In this document: positions 47,041-59,600 of the stretch, piece after piece
How positions within the stretch are numbered: the stretch's first letter is position 1
Layout: every line of letters starts with the position of its first letter
Assembly: GCA_963666345.1 (NCBI GenBank)
Contig: OY762721.1
Coordinates: 2,816,001 to 2,880,000 of the forward strand
Direction: 5' to 3'
Source: Desulfatiglandales bacterium
Lineage (GTDB): Bacteria; Desulfobacterota; DSM-4660; Desulfatiglandales; Desulfatiglandaceae
DNA: 64,000 bases
Made by a program: the position numbers and the translations under genes
The notes under the pieces: generated by a model
What the model was told of the DNA's origin: nothing
Database searches by the model: none
What the model saw: the letters and a program-made list of their open reading frames with translations, nothing else

Positions 47041-48456
47041 ATGAGATATCTGGACATAAAGACAAAGATTATATGCACGATAGGTCCTTCCTGTGAAACC
47101 CCCGAAGCCATAAGAGAACTTATAGTCAACGGCATGAGTATGGCAAGGCTCAATTTTTCTCACGGGAAAAGAGAGGAGCATGCCAGCAAGATTTCCATAA
47201 TCAGGGATAGCGCAAAAAGGCTTGGAAGGCCTGTGGCGATACTCCAGGATCTGGCAGGGCCGAAGATAAGGGTGGGAACGATACCCAAGCCCGGGATAAA
47301 GCTTGATCCCGGAAAAGAACTTGTACTCACCACCGAAGATATCATAGGGGATAAAGACAGGGTGCATGTAAATTATAAGCCGCTTCCTGAAGAAGTGAGT
47401 CAGGGGGACAGGGTGCTACTTGCAGACGGCCTCATGGAACTCAGGGTAAGGGATGTAAAGGCCGGTGAGATCTATTGTGAGGTGATTACGGGCGGTGTGC
47501 TTACGTCCCACAAGGGGTTGAATCTTCCTTCCGGCACCATAAAGGCGCCTTCCATGACGGAAAAGGATAAGGTGGATCTTCTTTTCGGCCTGGCTCACGA
47601 CGTAGATTATGTGGGTGTTTCATTCGTTCGACAGGCGGATGATATTATACGGGTTCGCCGAATAATAAAAGAGGGGGGGAAAGATATCCCTATTATCGCG
47701 AAGATTGAAAAACATGAGGCGATAAAGAACCTTGATGATTTAATGGAGGCGGCCGACGGAATAATGGTCGCAAGGGGGGATCTTGGCGTGGAGATCCCGC
47801 TTGAGGAAGTCCCTCTTCTTCAAAAGACTCTGATCAGAAAGGCCAACTATATGGGAAAACCGGTAATTACGGCTACCCAGATGTTGAGGTCGATGGTCGA
47901 TTCGCCCAGACCGACCAGGGCGGAGGCCAATGATGTGGCCAACGCCGTTTTGGACGGAACTGACGCGGTGATGCTTTCGGAGGAAACCGCCATCGGCAGG
48001 TATCCGGTAGAGGCTGTCGGATTTATGGCCAAAATAATAAGAAACGCTGAAAAAGGATTCCCCCACCGGAAGTATCTTGAGATGACACCGAGAAAAGATG
48101 TGGCCGAATCGGTGGCTCACGCTGCCTGTATGCTTGCGGATCATCTTGATGCCGAGGCGATCGTTCCCACGACCGAGTCTGGAACAACCGCCATACATGT
48201 GTCGAGATTCAGGCCGAAAAGTACCGTTCTGGCCCTTTCGCCCAATGAGGAAATAGTCAGGCGCCTGTGCCTTTTCTGGGGATGCATCCCCATGCTGCTT
48301 CAGGACACCAAGGATACCGATGATATGATAGAAAAGGTCTCAAGCGCTGCAATCGCATCAGAGCTGGTCTCTAAAGGTGATACCGTTGTTATAACCGCAG
48401 GTCATCCGATATGGGTCGCCGGCACTACCAATATGGTACGCGTGAAACGCCTATAG
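47041..48456 (+). CDS. pyk: Pyruvate kinase
   Basis: TKIICTIGP, RLNFSHG, MVARGDLGVE and ATQML motifs. Confidence 0.97.
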   Translation: MRYLDIKTKIICTIGPSCETPEAIRELIVNGMSMARLNFSHGKREEHASKISIIRDSAKRLGRPVAILQDLAGPKIRVGTIPKPGIKLDPGKELVLTTEDIIGDKDRVHVNYKPLPEEVSQGDRVLLADGLMELRVRDVKAGEIYCEVITGGVLTSHKGLNLPSGTIKAPSMTEKDKVDLLFGLAHDVDYVGVSFVRQADDIIRVRRIIKEGGKDIPIIAKIEKHEAIKNLDDLMEAADGIMVARGDLGVEIPLEEVPLLQKTLIRKANYMGKPVITATQMLRSMVDSPRPTRAEANDVANAVLDGTDAVMLSEETAIGRYPVEAVGFMAKIIRNAEKGFPHRKYLEMTPRKDVAESVAHAACMLADHLDAEAIVPTTESGTTAIHVSRFRPKSTVLALSPNEEIVRRLCLFWGCIPMLLQDTKDTDDMIEKVSSAAIASELVSKGDTVVITAGHPIWVAGTTNMVRVKRL

Positions 48457-48465
48457 TTAGTGATC

Positions 48466-48516
48466 GTCCATGAATCAAGATTTATGGACTCACGCTATCA
48501 GCTGTCAGCTGTCAGC
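48466..48516. repeat. Hairpin plus heptamer tandem repeat between convergent pyk and argF
   Basis: GTCCATGAATC-AA-GATTTATGGAC, then GCTATCA-GCTGTCA-GCTGTCA. Confidence 0.45.
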
Positions 48517-48625
48517 AAAACATTCGGAATATCAATTTATTTGCTGCTTGCTGAAAGCAGTATCCGGGTGTGAGCACTGGATTGGCACTAGTTATATGTA
48601 AAGCATCCAGGATGCAGAGGACCTA

Positions 48626-49603
48626 TTAAACCCTGCCCAGAGTGGAAATCATGACCGCCTTTATTGTGTGTACCCTGTTTTCCGCCTGCTCAAATACAAG
48701 GGAATTCTTCCCCTCGAACACCTCCTCGGCTGTTTCACATATATCAGGAAACTGCCTTGCCATGGACGTATCCCGATTGTGAAAACTCGGCAGGCAGTGA
48801 AGGAATATACAATCCGGATTTCCGGTATTATCAAGGGTTTCCCGGGTCACTCGAAACGGCTTTAGCAGTGCGATCCTTTCGGCGATTTTATCCTCCTCAC
48901 CCATCGAGGCCCATACGTCGGTATAGATGACATCGGCATCTTTTATCCCCTGATTTATCTGAGAGGTTATGAGGATTTTACCACCGCTTTTTTCTGCAAA
49001 CCGATCGGCGCTTTCTATTATATCACTTTCAGGTTGAAGCTCTTTCGCTGAGACCAGCCTGAAGTCCATTCCCATCTTTGCGGCACCGATAAGAAGAGAG
49101 TTTGCCATGTTGCTCCTGCCGTCTCCCATGTAGGCCAGTCTGATACCTTTTATGCGGCCTTTCGCCTCAAGGATTGTCATAAGATCGGCAAGCGCCTGCG
49201 TGGGGTGGAACCTGTCGGTAAGCCCGTTCCATACGGGCACTCCGGCAAACGCAGCCAGTTCTTCAACCGTGGAATGCTGGTAGCCCCTGAATTCAATGCC
49301 GTCAAACATCCTGCCGAGGACCCTTGCAGTGTCTTTGACCGATTCCTTTTTGCCCAGCTGGATGTCTCCTTTTCCAAGGTACTCGGCATGAGCGCCTTCA
49401 TCGTTGCTTGCTATGATAAAGGCACATCTGGTTCTGGTGGACGGTTTTTCAAAGATAAGGGAGATATTCAAGCCCTGCAGCCTGTTTTTCCTTATGCCCG
49501 CCTTTTTTTCCTTTTTAAGAGAAATGGAAAGATCAAGCAGAAATCTTATCTCCTCCTGGCTGTAATCAATAAGGGTCAATAAATTCTTGTTTTTTAAGTC
49601 CAT
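48626..49603 (-). CDS. argF: Ornithine carbamoyltransferase
   Basis: STRTR, HPTQ, DVWASMG and HCLP motifs. Confidence 0.93.
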   Translation of the reverse strand: MDLKNKNLLTLIDYSQEEIRFLLDLSISLKKEKKAGIRKNRLQGLNISLIFEKPSTRTRCAFIIASNDEGAHAEYLGKGDIQLGKKESVKDTARVLGRMFDGIEFRGYQHSTVEELAAFAGVPVWNGLTDRFHPTQALADLMTILEAKGRIKGIRLAYMGDGRSNMANSLLIGAAKMGMDFRLVSAKELQPESDIIESADRFAEKSGGKILITSQINQGIKDADVIYTDVWASMGEEDKIAERIALLKPFRVTRETLDNTGNPDCIFLHCLPSFHNRDTSMARQFPDICETAEEVFEGKNSLVFEQAENRVHTIKAVMISTLGRV

Positions 49604-49663
49604 GTTGTTTTGTCTCCTTGAGCAAAGGGAACCGGGGCTTGGACATTTTTCCGGAAAAGGGGC

Positions 49664-50893
49664 TTACTCCTCCGTGTCCATTTCGATCCGGCCCTGAGCC
49701 TCTTCAGGAAATTGTTTCAAAGGGATATGCCTGGCCTTTCTCAATTCCTCAATCTTGTTTAACGGCCTGTCCAGCTGCCGCCTTCTTGTGGAAGTCAGAA
49801 TTTCATATTCCTTGAGTGAGTCCCTTATCCTGTTGCCAAGGACCTCCATCTTTTTTGTAAATGTCTCCCACTGTTTTCGGAATGCCCCCAACAGGGAAAG
49901 TATCTCGTTTGATGTCTGTTCAAGCGCAAAATTTTCAACTGCCTGCCGTATCACCGCAAGAATGGCAAAAAGCGTGAAAGGAGAGCAGATTATTACCCTC
50001 ATTTTCATCCCTAAATCGATAATGGAACTGTCCTGTTCGTTTATAAAAGTATATACCTGTTCATTGGGTATGAAAAGCAATACATAGTCGAGCGTATTCT
50101 GCTCGGGATTTATGTATTCCCGCGTTGTGACCTCCTTTATCCTCGCTTTTACGTCCTTGAAGAAGTTGTTGAGAAGCGTCATTTTTTGATGGGGTGAAGT
50201 TTCGTCCAGATATTTCAAGTAGTTGTCAAGAGGAAACTTCACGTCCATATTCAGTTTATGGTCTTTCGGAAGAAAAAAGGTGAAATCGGGTCTCGTGCCT
50301 ATCCCCTCGATGGTCCTCTGTTTCTGATAGTTTATATTTTCAATGAATCCGCAGATCCTTAATACGTCCTCCGCCATCCTCTCTCCCCACTGCCCACGGT
50401 ACTTGCTGCTGGCGAAGGCCTCCCGGAGGGCGTTTGTGGTTTTCATGAGCGATGTGGTCTGTTCATTCGTATTTTTCAACTGGTTTGAAAGTTCCCCGAA
50501 TTTATTGACCCTGTCCCTTTCAAGCTCCTTGACCAGTAGTGAGATATTCTCGAATTCCGATGCCATGCGTTTGAGTTGTTCATCTATGAGCCCCTTTTTT
50601 GCCTCCATATCCTTGGTGCTGATTTCTCTTTCAGATTCAAATTTCTCCTTGGCAAGCTTCAGGAATTCCTCCGTGGATTTGGAAAGGGCATCAAGGGACA
50701 AATTGCCGAATATATCCTTTATATTGGAGGTGATCGCCTCCAGGTTTTCCCTGCGCTGTGATTCGGTTTCATTCAGCATTTCCCTGGCGATTTGGTAGGA
50801 GGCCTTTGAATGAAAAAGCCTGAATATGAAAGCAACGCCTATGCCGATCAAAAAACCGGCCAGAAAAGGGAAAAAGGTATTAACCCAACCCAT
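49664..50893 (-). CDS. rmuC: RmuC-family protein
   Basis: N-terminal TM helix, coiled coil, RGQWGE, RPD, DVKFP and FIPNE motifs. Confidence 0.9.
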   Translation of the reverse strand: MGWVNTFFPFLAGFLIGIGVAFIFRLFHSKASYQIAREMLNETESQRRENLEAITSNIKDIFGNLSLDALSKSTEEFLKLAKEKFESEREISTKDMEAKKGLIDEQLKRMASEFENISLLVKELERDRVNKFGELSNQLKNTNEQTTSLMKTTNALREAFASSKYRGQWGERMAEDVLRICGFIENINYQKQRTIEGIGTRPDFTFFLPKDHKLNMDVKFPLDNYLKYLDETSPHQKMTLLNNFFKDVKARIKEVTTREYINPEQNTLDYVLLFIPNEQVYTFINEQDSSIIDLGMKMRVIICSPFTLFAILAVIRQAVENFALEQTSNEILSLLGAFRKQWETFTKKMEVLGNRIRDSLKEYEILTSTRRRQLDRPLNKIEELRKARHIPLKQFPEEAQGRIEMDTEE

Positions 50894-51263
50894 AAAACTC
50901 TCCGATTTGTTTCATCATAGAAGACCTGGTTTACTTAGCCGGCCGACGGCCGAGCGCCGGCAGCGTAAATACGGAAAAAGGCCATTGCCGGATGAGCCTC
51001 AATCCGGTCCCGAGTGCAGTAAATTTATTAGAGCAGTGCTGCCTTGTCAACGTAAATGGGATCAAAGGTGACTTGACCTGCAATTTCAAATGCCTTAATC
51101 ATAACGTTAAGCCATACGATGTGAACATGCGCTGTTAACGATTCAACCTGTAAGGGGAAATGCGTTCTTCCCTTTCTGTTCCGTCTTTTACCATACAAGA
51201 CATAAACTGTCCGATTGTTTCAAGTGCGGGCCCTTTTCCTGGATTTTTATCAAGGGGGTGATT

Positions 51264-52406
51264 ATGCGTCCACTGGATGGCATCAAGGTTGTTGAGATGG
51301 CGGGTCTTGCCCCATCTCCATACTGCGGAATGATCCTGGGTGATTTTGGCGCCGATGTGATTGTCGTTGACAGGCTTTCGGGTGCGGCTCCCGAGGTCCC
51401 CAACGTTATGAAAAAAAATCCTTTTGACCGGGGGAAAAGATCGATGCGGATCGACCTCAAAAAGGGCCCGGGAGTAAAGATCTTGAAAAGGATCGTCCGT
51501 GATTCAGATGTCCTGCTTGAGGGATACAGACCGGGCGTGATGGAGGCCATCGGTCTGGGGCCGAAAGAGGCGCATGAGACAAATCCGGGCCTTGTCTATG
51601 CCAGACTGACAGGCTGGGGACAGTCCGGACCCTATTCAGGCATGGCGGGTCATGACATAAACTACATTGCCGTGTCCGGGGCCTTGTCCCTTTTCAGGAG
51701 AAAAGGTGAAAGGCCTCTGCCGCCATGCAATCTCCTGGGTGATTTTGCCGGGGGCGGATTGCTATGCAGCCTCGGAATAGTGTTGGCGATCCTTGAAAAA
51801 AACAGGTCAGGCAAGGGACAGGTAATCGATTCAGCCATGGTGGAGGGGGCTGCGAATCTCTCCACTTTTTTTTACGGCCTTACGGCAAACGGGCTTATGT
51901 CTCTCGATATAGGAACGAACATGCTGGACAGCGGCGCCCCGTATTACCAGGTATACGAAACTGCGGACGGAAAATATATGTCAGTGGGAGCAATAGAGAC
52001 CAGGTTTTACGAAAACCTGCTTCAAGGCCTGGGATTGGAATCAACCTGCCTGCCGGAAAAGAACGACAAGAAAAAATGGCCGGAGGTCAAAGAGCTTTTC
52101 TCACGTGTATTCAAGACAAAAACTAGGCGGCAATGGGAAGGCATCTTTATCGGAAAGGATGCATGCGTAGCTCCGGTTCTGGAGTTAAGCGAGGTGAATG
52201 ATGACAAGCACAACCGCGAGAGAAACACCTTCGTAGATGTTGATGGATCTGTGCAGCCGTCGCCTGCGCCGAGGCTTTCAAGGACTCCCGCCGTGGCTTC
52301 AGACACCAATTTGCCCAGAGGCGCTCATACCGAAGAGATCCTCCTGGAGCTGGGGTACAAGGATGAGGAGCTGAAGGAGTTGTTTGAAACCGGGATCGTT
52401 GAATAA
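51264..52406 (+). CDS. CaiB/BaiF class III CoA-transferase (alpha-methylacyl-CoA racemase-like)
   Basis: RGKRS, EGYRPGVME, GHDINY and NLLGDFAGGG motifs. Confidence 0.88.
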   Translation: MRPLDGIKVVEMAGLAPSPYCGMILGDFGADVIVVDRLSGAAPEVPNVMKKNPFDRGKRSMRIDLKKGPGVKILKRIVRDSDVLLEGYRPGVMEAIGLGPKEAHETNPGLVYARLTGWGQSGPYSGMAGHDINYIAVSGALSLFRRKGERPLPPCNLLGDFAGGGLLCSLGIVLAILEKNRSGKGQVIDSAMVEGAANLSTFFYGLTANGLMSLDIGTNMLDSGAPYYQVYETADGKYMSVGAIETRFYENLLQGLGLESTCLPEKNDKKKWPEVKELFSRVFKTKTRRQWEGIFIGKDACVAPVLELSEVNDDKHNRERNTFVDVDGSVQPSPAPRLSRTPAVASDTNLPRGAHTEEILLELGYKDEELKELFETGIVE

Positions 52407-52421
52407 GGTGCCGGCCCTCTT

Positions 52422-52919
52422 TTATCCGTTGTCAATCGCGCAGTCTGAAGTATCTCCGGACAGTTTGTGAACTGCGTGATAAAGGGCCGGAAGCACTACC
52501 GCCAGATTGTCCCTTACCCCGCCCGGACTTCCAGGCAGATTGATTATGAGGCAGCTCTTTCTTACCCCCGCCATTGCTCTTGATATCATGGCATGGGGCG
52601 TTATTTTAAGACTTGCAGCCCGCATGGCTTCAGCCATGCCGGGGATCTCATAGTCGATTACTTCCATCATGGCCTGGGGCGTGACATCGGTGGGGCTGAG
52701 GCCCGTTCCCCCTGTAGTTACTATCAGAGAAAGCCCCTCATGGTCCACCCATCCTTTAAGGGTGTCTTCAATAATAGCCTGATCATCAGGCACGATTTCC
52801 TGTTTTACAACAGGAAATCGATTTTCCTCCAGGATGCCACAGGCGATCTTTCCGCTTTCATCAGGCCGAAGACCCCTTGATCCTTTGTCACTTATGGTCA
52901 AAACCCCGGATTTTGTCAT
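52422..52919 (-). CDS. mog: Molybdopterin adenylyltransferase (Mog/MoaB)
   Basis: LTISD, TTGGTG, DVTP, SRA and NLPGSP motifs. Confidence 0.9.
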   Translation of the reverse strand: MTKSGVLTISDKGSRGLRPDESGKIACGILEENRFPVVKQEIVPDDQAIIEDTLKGWVDHEGLSLIVTTGGTGLSPTDVTPQAMMEVIDYEIPGMAEAMRAASLKITPHAMISRAMAGVRKSCLIINLPGSPGGVRDNLAVVLPALYHAVHKLSGDTSDCAIDNG

Positions 52920-53105
52920 TTGAATCCAAAAAAGATTATATGTTGGCAGGGAGCCTTTTAAAAAAAACAAAGCGACTGAAGTGAATTAAATTAAGGCCAC
53001 TTCAAATTGAGATGTCGTCCAATTATCCTTAAAAGCAGAGGCCTTTCACGCTGGTGAACTTTTTTAAGGTATTCCAGATCCCGGTGCCCTCTATACAGAG
53101 GGGTA

Positions 53106-53139
53106 AATAAATGCCCGGTAATATCTCCGGGCATTTATT
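53106..53139 (-). terminator. Intrinsic terminator after the EF-G gene
   Basis: AATAAATGCCCGG...CCGGGCATTTATT inverted repeat. Confidence 0.7.
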
Positions 53140-53147
53140 ATTGAGTG

Positions 53148-55226
53148 CTATTCCTTTTGTTGTGCCGCGGTTACAATCTTTTCCGCCAGCTGCGCCGGGA
53201 CTTCCTCGTAGTGGGAGTTCTCCATGGTGAACACGCCGCGACCACCGCTGAGGGAATTAAGATCCAGGGCGTAGTTCAGGACTTCCGACATGGGGACCTG
53301 GGCCTTGATTATCTGGTATCTGCCCTGACTGTCCATGCCCAGGACCCGACCTCTTCTGCCGTTTAGATCGCCCATAACGTCTCCCATAACGTCTTCCGGC
53401 ACGGTTATTTCAAGCTTCATGATCGGTTCGAGCAGGATGGGATTGGCCTCCTGAAGGGCCTTTTTAAAGCACATGCTGGCGGCAATCTTGAAGGCCATTT
53501 CAGAGGAGTCTACATCATGGGACTTTCCGTCAAAAAAACGCACCTTCAGATCCACAACCGGATAGCCAGCAAGAGACCCGCTGTTTAACGATTCCTGAAG
53601 GCCTTTTTCAACGGCCGGAACAAAGTTGCGGGGAACGTTCATCCCGACCAACGCCTCTTCAAATTCAAAGCCGGCGTCTCTTTCCTTGGGAGACAGATCA
53701 AAATGCACCTCGGCGAATTGCCCGCGTCCTCCGGACTGCTTCTTGTGCCTGTAAACCACGCCTTTGACCTCTTTTTTTATGGTTTCCCTGTAAGGCACGG
53801 TGACGGGACTCAGGGTTACCTCAACACCGAATTTTCTGGCAAGTTTTTCGCAGGTGGTTTCAAGATGTATCTGTCCCGTACCGGAGATAATAATTTCAGC
53901 CGTTGTCTGGTCCCTGCCCAGCCGCAATGTGGGATCTTCGGCAAGCAGCTTGGAAAGAGAGGAAAAGACCTTGTCTTCATTTCCCTGGACCTTCGCTCCT
54001 GCGGCATATGAGATAACCGTAGGCAGCGGCTCCGCAGGTGTAAAAATGATAGGATCATTAGGAGCGGAAAAGGTATCTCCTGTCTCTGATTCCTTCAGCT
54101 TTGCTATGGCCACAATGTCACCTGGTCCGGCTTCATCTATGTGCTGCTGCTTTTTCCCTTCCATAATAAGAAGCTGGCCGGCCTTTTCCTTTGTCTGCTT
54201 ACCCGTATTAAGAAAGATCGTGTCCGACTTGAGTGAACCGCTGAATATCCGGAAAATTGTAAGTTTTCCTGCAAATGGATCCGCAACGGTCTTGAAAACG
54301 AGCGCTGAAAAAGGCTCTTCCGGTGAGGGATTCCTTACAATCTCCTCATCGGTTCCCGGTTTAATACCCTTTTTCGGTCCCCTTTCAGAGGGTGAGGGAA
54401 GTCCGTCCACTATCAGATTCATAAGCTGAGGAACACCTATGTTAAGAAGCGCGGAACCACACATGATGGGGGTTATGAGGCCTGATTTAATCCCCTGGAT
54501 GAGGGTGTCTTCAATGTCGCTGTCCGAAAGCTCTTCGCCTTCCAGGTATTTTTCCATGAGGTCGTCATTTACTTCGACGATATTCTCTATCATTTTTTCC
54601 CGCCATTCACTTACCAACTCTTCCATGTCCGACGGTATGTCGCCGCTTTCAAATTTCCCGCTTCCGTCTTTAGTGAAGTTGTAGGCCTTCATCTTTATCA
54701 GGTCTACCACCCCGCTGAAACTGTCTTCAGAACCTATGGGAAGGCAGACAGGCGTAGCCTTTATCTGAAAGGCGTTTGTCGTTTCATCGAGTACCTTGAA
54801 AAAGTCGGACCTTTCCCTGTCCAGTTTGTTTATGAAGATGATTCTGGGAAGTTCCTGTTCATCCGCAAAGGACCATACCTTTTCAGTTCCTACCTTTACT
54901 CCTGCTGTCGCATCAATAAGGACGACTGTACCATCGGCGGCCTGGAGAGAAAACCTGGTGTCAGAGAGAAAATTATAATCACCGGGTGTATCCAGAAGAT
55001 TGATCGTGTGTTTTTTCCATGAGCAGTGGTGAAAAGATGTCCCTATTGATATCTTTCTTTTTATCTCTTCCGGCTCATAATCCAGATTGGACGAGCCTTC
55101 ATCAACTTTTCCAAGCCTTGAGGTGGCCTTTCCGTTCAGCAGTATGGCTTCGGCCAAAGATGTTTTGCCTGAGCCCACATGTGCGATGAAGGCCACGTTT
55201 TTCAGTTGGTCGGTTCTTTTTTCCAT
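53148..55226 (-). CDS. fusA: Elongation factor G paralogue (EF-G II type)
   Basis: AHVGSGKT, DTPG, NKLD, KKQSGGRGQF and HDVDSSEMAF motifs; not in an rpsL-rpsG-tuf context. Confidence 0.88.
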   Translation of the reverse strand: MEKRTDQLKNVAFIAHVGSGKTSLAEAILLNGKATSRLGKVDEGSSNLDYEPEEIKRKISIGTSFHHCSWKKHTINLLDTPGDYNFLSDTRFSLQAADGTVVLIDATAGVKVGTEKVWSFADEQELPRIIFINKLDRERSDFFKVLDETTNAFQIKATPVCLPIGSEDSFSGVVDLIKMKAYNFTKDGSGKFESGDIPSDMEELVSEWREKMIENIVEVNDDLMEKYLEGEELSDSDIEDTLIQGIKSGLITPIMCGSALLNIGVPQLMNLIVDGLPSPSERGPKKGIKPGTDEEIVRNPSPEEPFSALVFKTVADPFAGKLTIFRIFSGSLKSDTIFLNTGKQTKEKAGQLLIMEGKKQQHIDEAGPGDIVAIAKLKESETGDTFSAPNDPIIFTPAEPLPTVISYAAGAKVQGNEDKVFSSLSKLLAEDPTLRLGRDQTTAEIIISGTGQIHLETTCEKLARKFGVEVTLSPVTVPYRETIKKEVKGVVYRHKKQSGGRGQFAEVHFDLSPKERDAGFEFEEALVGMNVPRNFVPAVEKGLQESLNSGSLAGYPVVDLKVRFFDGKSHDVDSSEMAFKIAASMCFKKALQEANPILLEPIMKLEITVPEDVMGDVMGDLNGRRGRVLGMDSQGRYQIIKAQVPMSEVLNYALDLNSLSGGRGVFTMENSHYEEVPAQLAEKIVTAAQQKE

Positions 55227-55581
55227 GCTTACACCCTTTCCTGAAAAGACTGAGATTTTGTTTTGCAGAATTTTGTTGTAAAAAGACTCATGCCGGCATT
55301 TTCAACAAGGCACCCTCTGAAACCAGCAAAATTCAGGTAAAGCCCGGGCTCATGTCGCTCAGTGATGTCTTAAGAGAACATGCAGGCATTATTTCCAAAA
55401 GGCCGGTAGGCCTGACAGTCAGGTAGAGCTGAAAAAATAAACTAAATCACAAACGTATATCAATAACAAAATCAAAGTCAAGATAAGAAAAAGGCGCCAT
55501 ATTTTTTAATTGCCAATTCCGGTAAAAGTGATAAAGTCAAAACCTTTTTAAAATTAGGTCATGGAGTGACAGGATAGCGGT

Positions 55582-56535
55582 TTGATATGGGAGAGGCTTG
55601 TTTTGTTTCTAAGTGAGCTCATAGCGGTCTTTATCAGTTATCTTAAGTATCAGAGGGGATTTTCCCTTCACACGCTCAGAAACTATCAGACAGACCTGAA
55701 ACAGTTTCAGTTGTTTCTTGAAGGGGGCATGGAAAACGGGCAAGGAAAAAAACATGCTGAAATCAGGATAGAATCCATTGATGCCGATAAGATAAGGGAA
55801 TATCTGGGAGGACTATACGGATACCTGAGCAAGTCCACTATTTCCAGGAAACTATCCTCTCTGAGGTCCTTTTTTCATTTTCTTGAGAAAAAAGGACTTA
55901 ACGGTGGAAACCCGGCAGCCGAAGTCTTATCAACCAAGATCGATAAAAAGGTGCCCAATTATCTGCCTGTCGATGATGTTTTCAGACTCCTGGATAGACC
56001 TGACAGGAATGACCCCCTCGGTCTCAGAGATCTGGCGATTTTGGAAGTTCTATATTCTTGTGGTATAAGGGTAAGTGAGCTTGAATCGCTTGACTTATCA
56101 AGCGTGGATATGGAGGAGCGTGTTGTAAAGGTGCTGGGCAAGGGTAATAAGGAAAGAATCGTGCCGATAGGAAAACGCGCCCTGGATGCTGTAAGGCGGT
56201 ATCTTGATGGAACCGGACATTTGCGGAACCGGCCGAAAAACGGGGAAAGGACGGCAGATGCCCTTTTTATAAACTTTCGGGGAGGAAGGCTGTCGGCCCG
56301 CAGCATAAACCGGATGATCAAAAGATATGCCCTGGAATGCGGTCTGAGTCCTGAAGTCAGCCCTCATTCGATGAGGCATTCCTTTGCCACTCATCTGCTG
56401 GACGGTGGTGCCGACCTGCGTTCGGTTCAGGAATTACTAGGCCATTCAAGCCTTTCCACCACTCAGAAATATACCCACGTAAGCCTTGACAGGCTTATGG
56501 AGGTTTATGACAAGGCGCATCCCAGAAGCAAATAA
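55582..56535 (+). CDS. xerC: Tyrosine recombinase XerC
   Basis: GIRVSEL, GKGNKER, HSMRHSFATHLL and LGH...TTQKY motifs; upstream of hslVU; start uncertain. Confidence 0.9.
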   Translation: MIWERLVLFLSELIAVFISYLKYQRGFSLHTLRNYQTDLKQFQLFLEGGMENGQGKKHAEIRIESIDADKIREYLGGLYGYLSKSTISRKLSSLRSFFHFLEKKGLNGGNPAAEVLSTKIDKKVPNYLPVDDVFRLLDRPDRNDPLGLRDLAILEVLYSCGIRVSELESLDLSSVDMEERVVKVLGKGNKERIVPIGKRALDAVRRYLDGTGHLRNRPKNGERTADALFINFRGGRLSARSINRMIKRYALECGLSPEVSPHSMRHSFATHLLDGGADLRSVQELLGHSSLSTTQKYTHVSLDRLMEVYDKAHPRSK

Positions 56536-56601
56536 CCTTTTATGGAGCGAGGCTTGGGGGTGCGCTCTAATTTAACCGGATTGGAGAAAAACTTGATTAT
56601 A

Positions 56602-57153
56602 ATGGACGATAAAGAGAGAAGAAAGATAAGGGCGACAACGATCCTTTCAGTCAGAAAGGATGGAAAGACCGTCATGGCGGGGGACGGCCAGGTTACGCTG
56701 GGGGATACGATCATGAAGCACAAGGCCACCAAGGTTCGATACATGTTCAATGACCAGGTGCTTGTAGGATTTGCCGGCGCGGCCGCAGATGCCTTTAATC
56801 TTTTCGAGAGGCTGGAGGCCAAGCTTGAAAGTTTTAACGGGAACCTCACAAGGTCTGCGGTTGAACTGGCAAAGGACTGGAGGACGGATAAGATATTGAG
56901 AAGGCTGGAGGCACTCCTGCTTGCCGCGGACAAGGAGCATACCCTGATAATCTCAGGAACGGGGGATGTCATAGAACCTGATGAATCGGTTGCCGCAATA
57001 GGTTCGGGAGGCCCCTATGCTTTCGCGGCTGCCAGAGCGATGGTTGAACACTCAAGCCTGGACAGCGTTACCATAGCAATGGAGGCGATGAAGATCGCGG
57101 CATCTATTTGTCTTTATACGAACGATGAAATAATGGTCCATGAACTTGACTGA
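56602..57153 (+). CDS. hslV: HslV protease subunit
   Basis: [18 protein letters not shown] and AIGSGG motifs. Confidence 0.95.
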   Translation: MDDKERRKIRATTILSVRKDGKTVMAGDGQVTLGDTIMKHKATKVRYMFNDQVLVGFAGAAADAFNLFERLEAKLESFNGNLTRSAVELAKDWRTDKILRRLEALLLAADKEHTLIISGTGDVIEPDESVAAIGSGGPYAFAAARAMVEHSSLDSVTIAMEAMKIAASICLYTNDEIMVHELD

Positions 57154-57211
57154 CATGCTGATCCGGATCAAGTCTTGAGGGCATCGGAGTTACCGGGAGA
57201 ATAAACCGAAC

Positions 57212-59466
<2,255 letters not shown>

Positions 59467-59600
59467 CCATGTTATAGGCCCTTTACCAAAATTTATTTGT
59501 GCTTTTTGAATCATAAATATCCTTAAGGGGATGTTTTTTTATATCACCTGAAAGGATCTTGCTGAATCTAAATCTGATGGAAATATGAAAGGATAATATT

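Noticed and set aside
55582..56535. Phage or island integrase
   Set aside because: It sits in the housekeeping xerC-hslV-hslU context, with no att repeats or mobile cargo seen.
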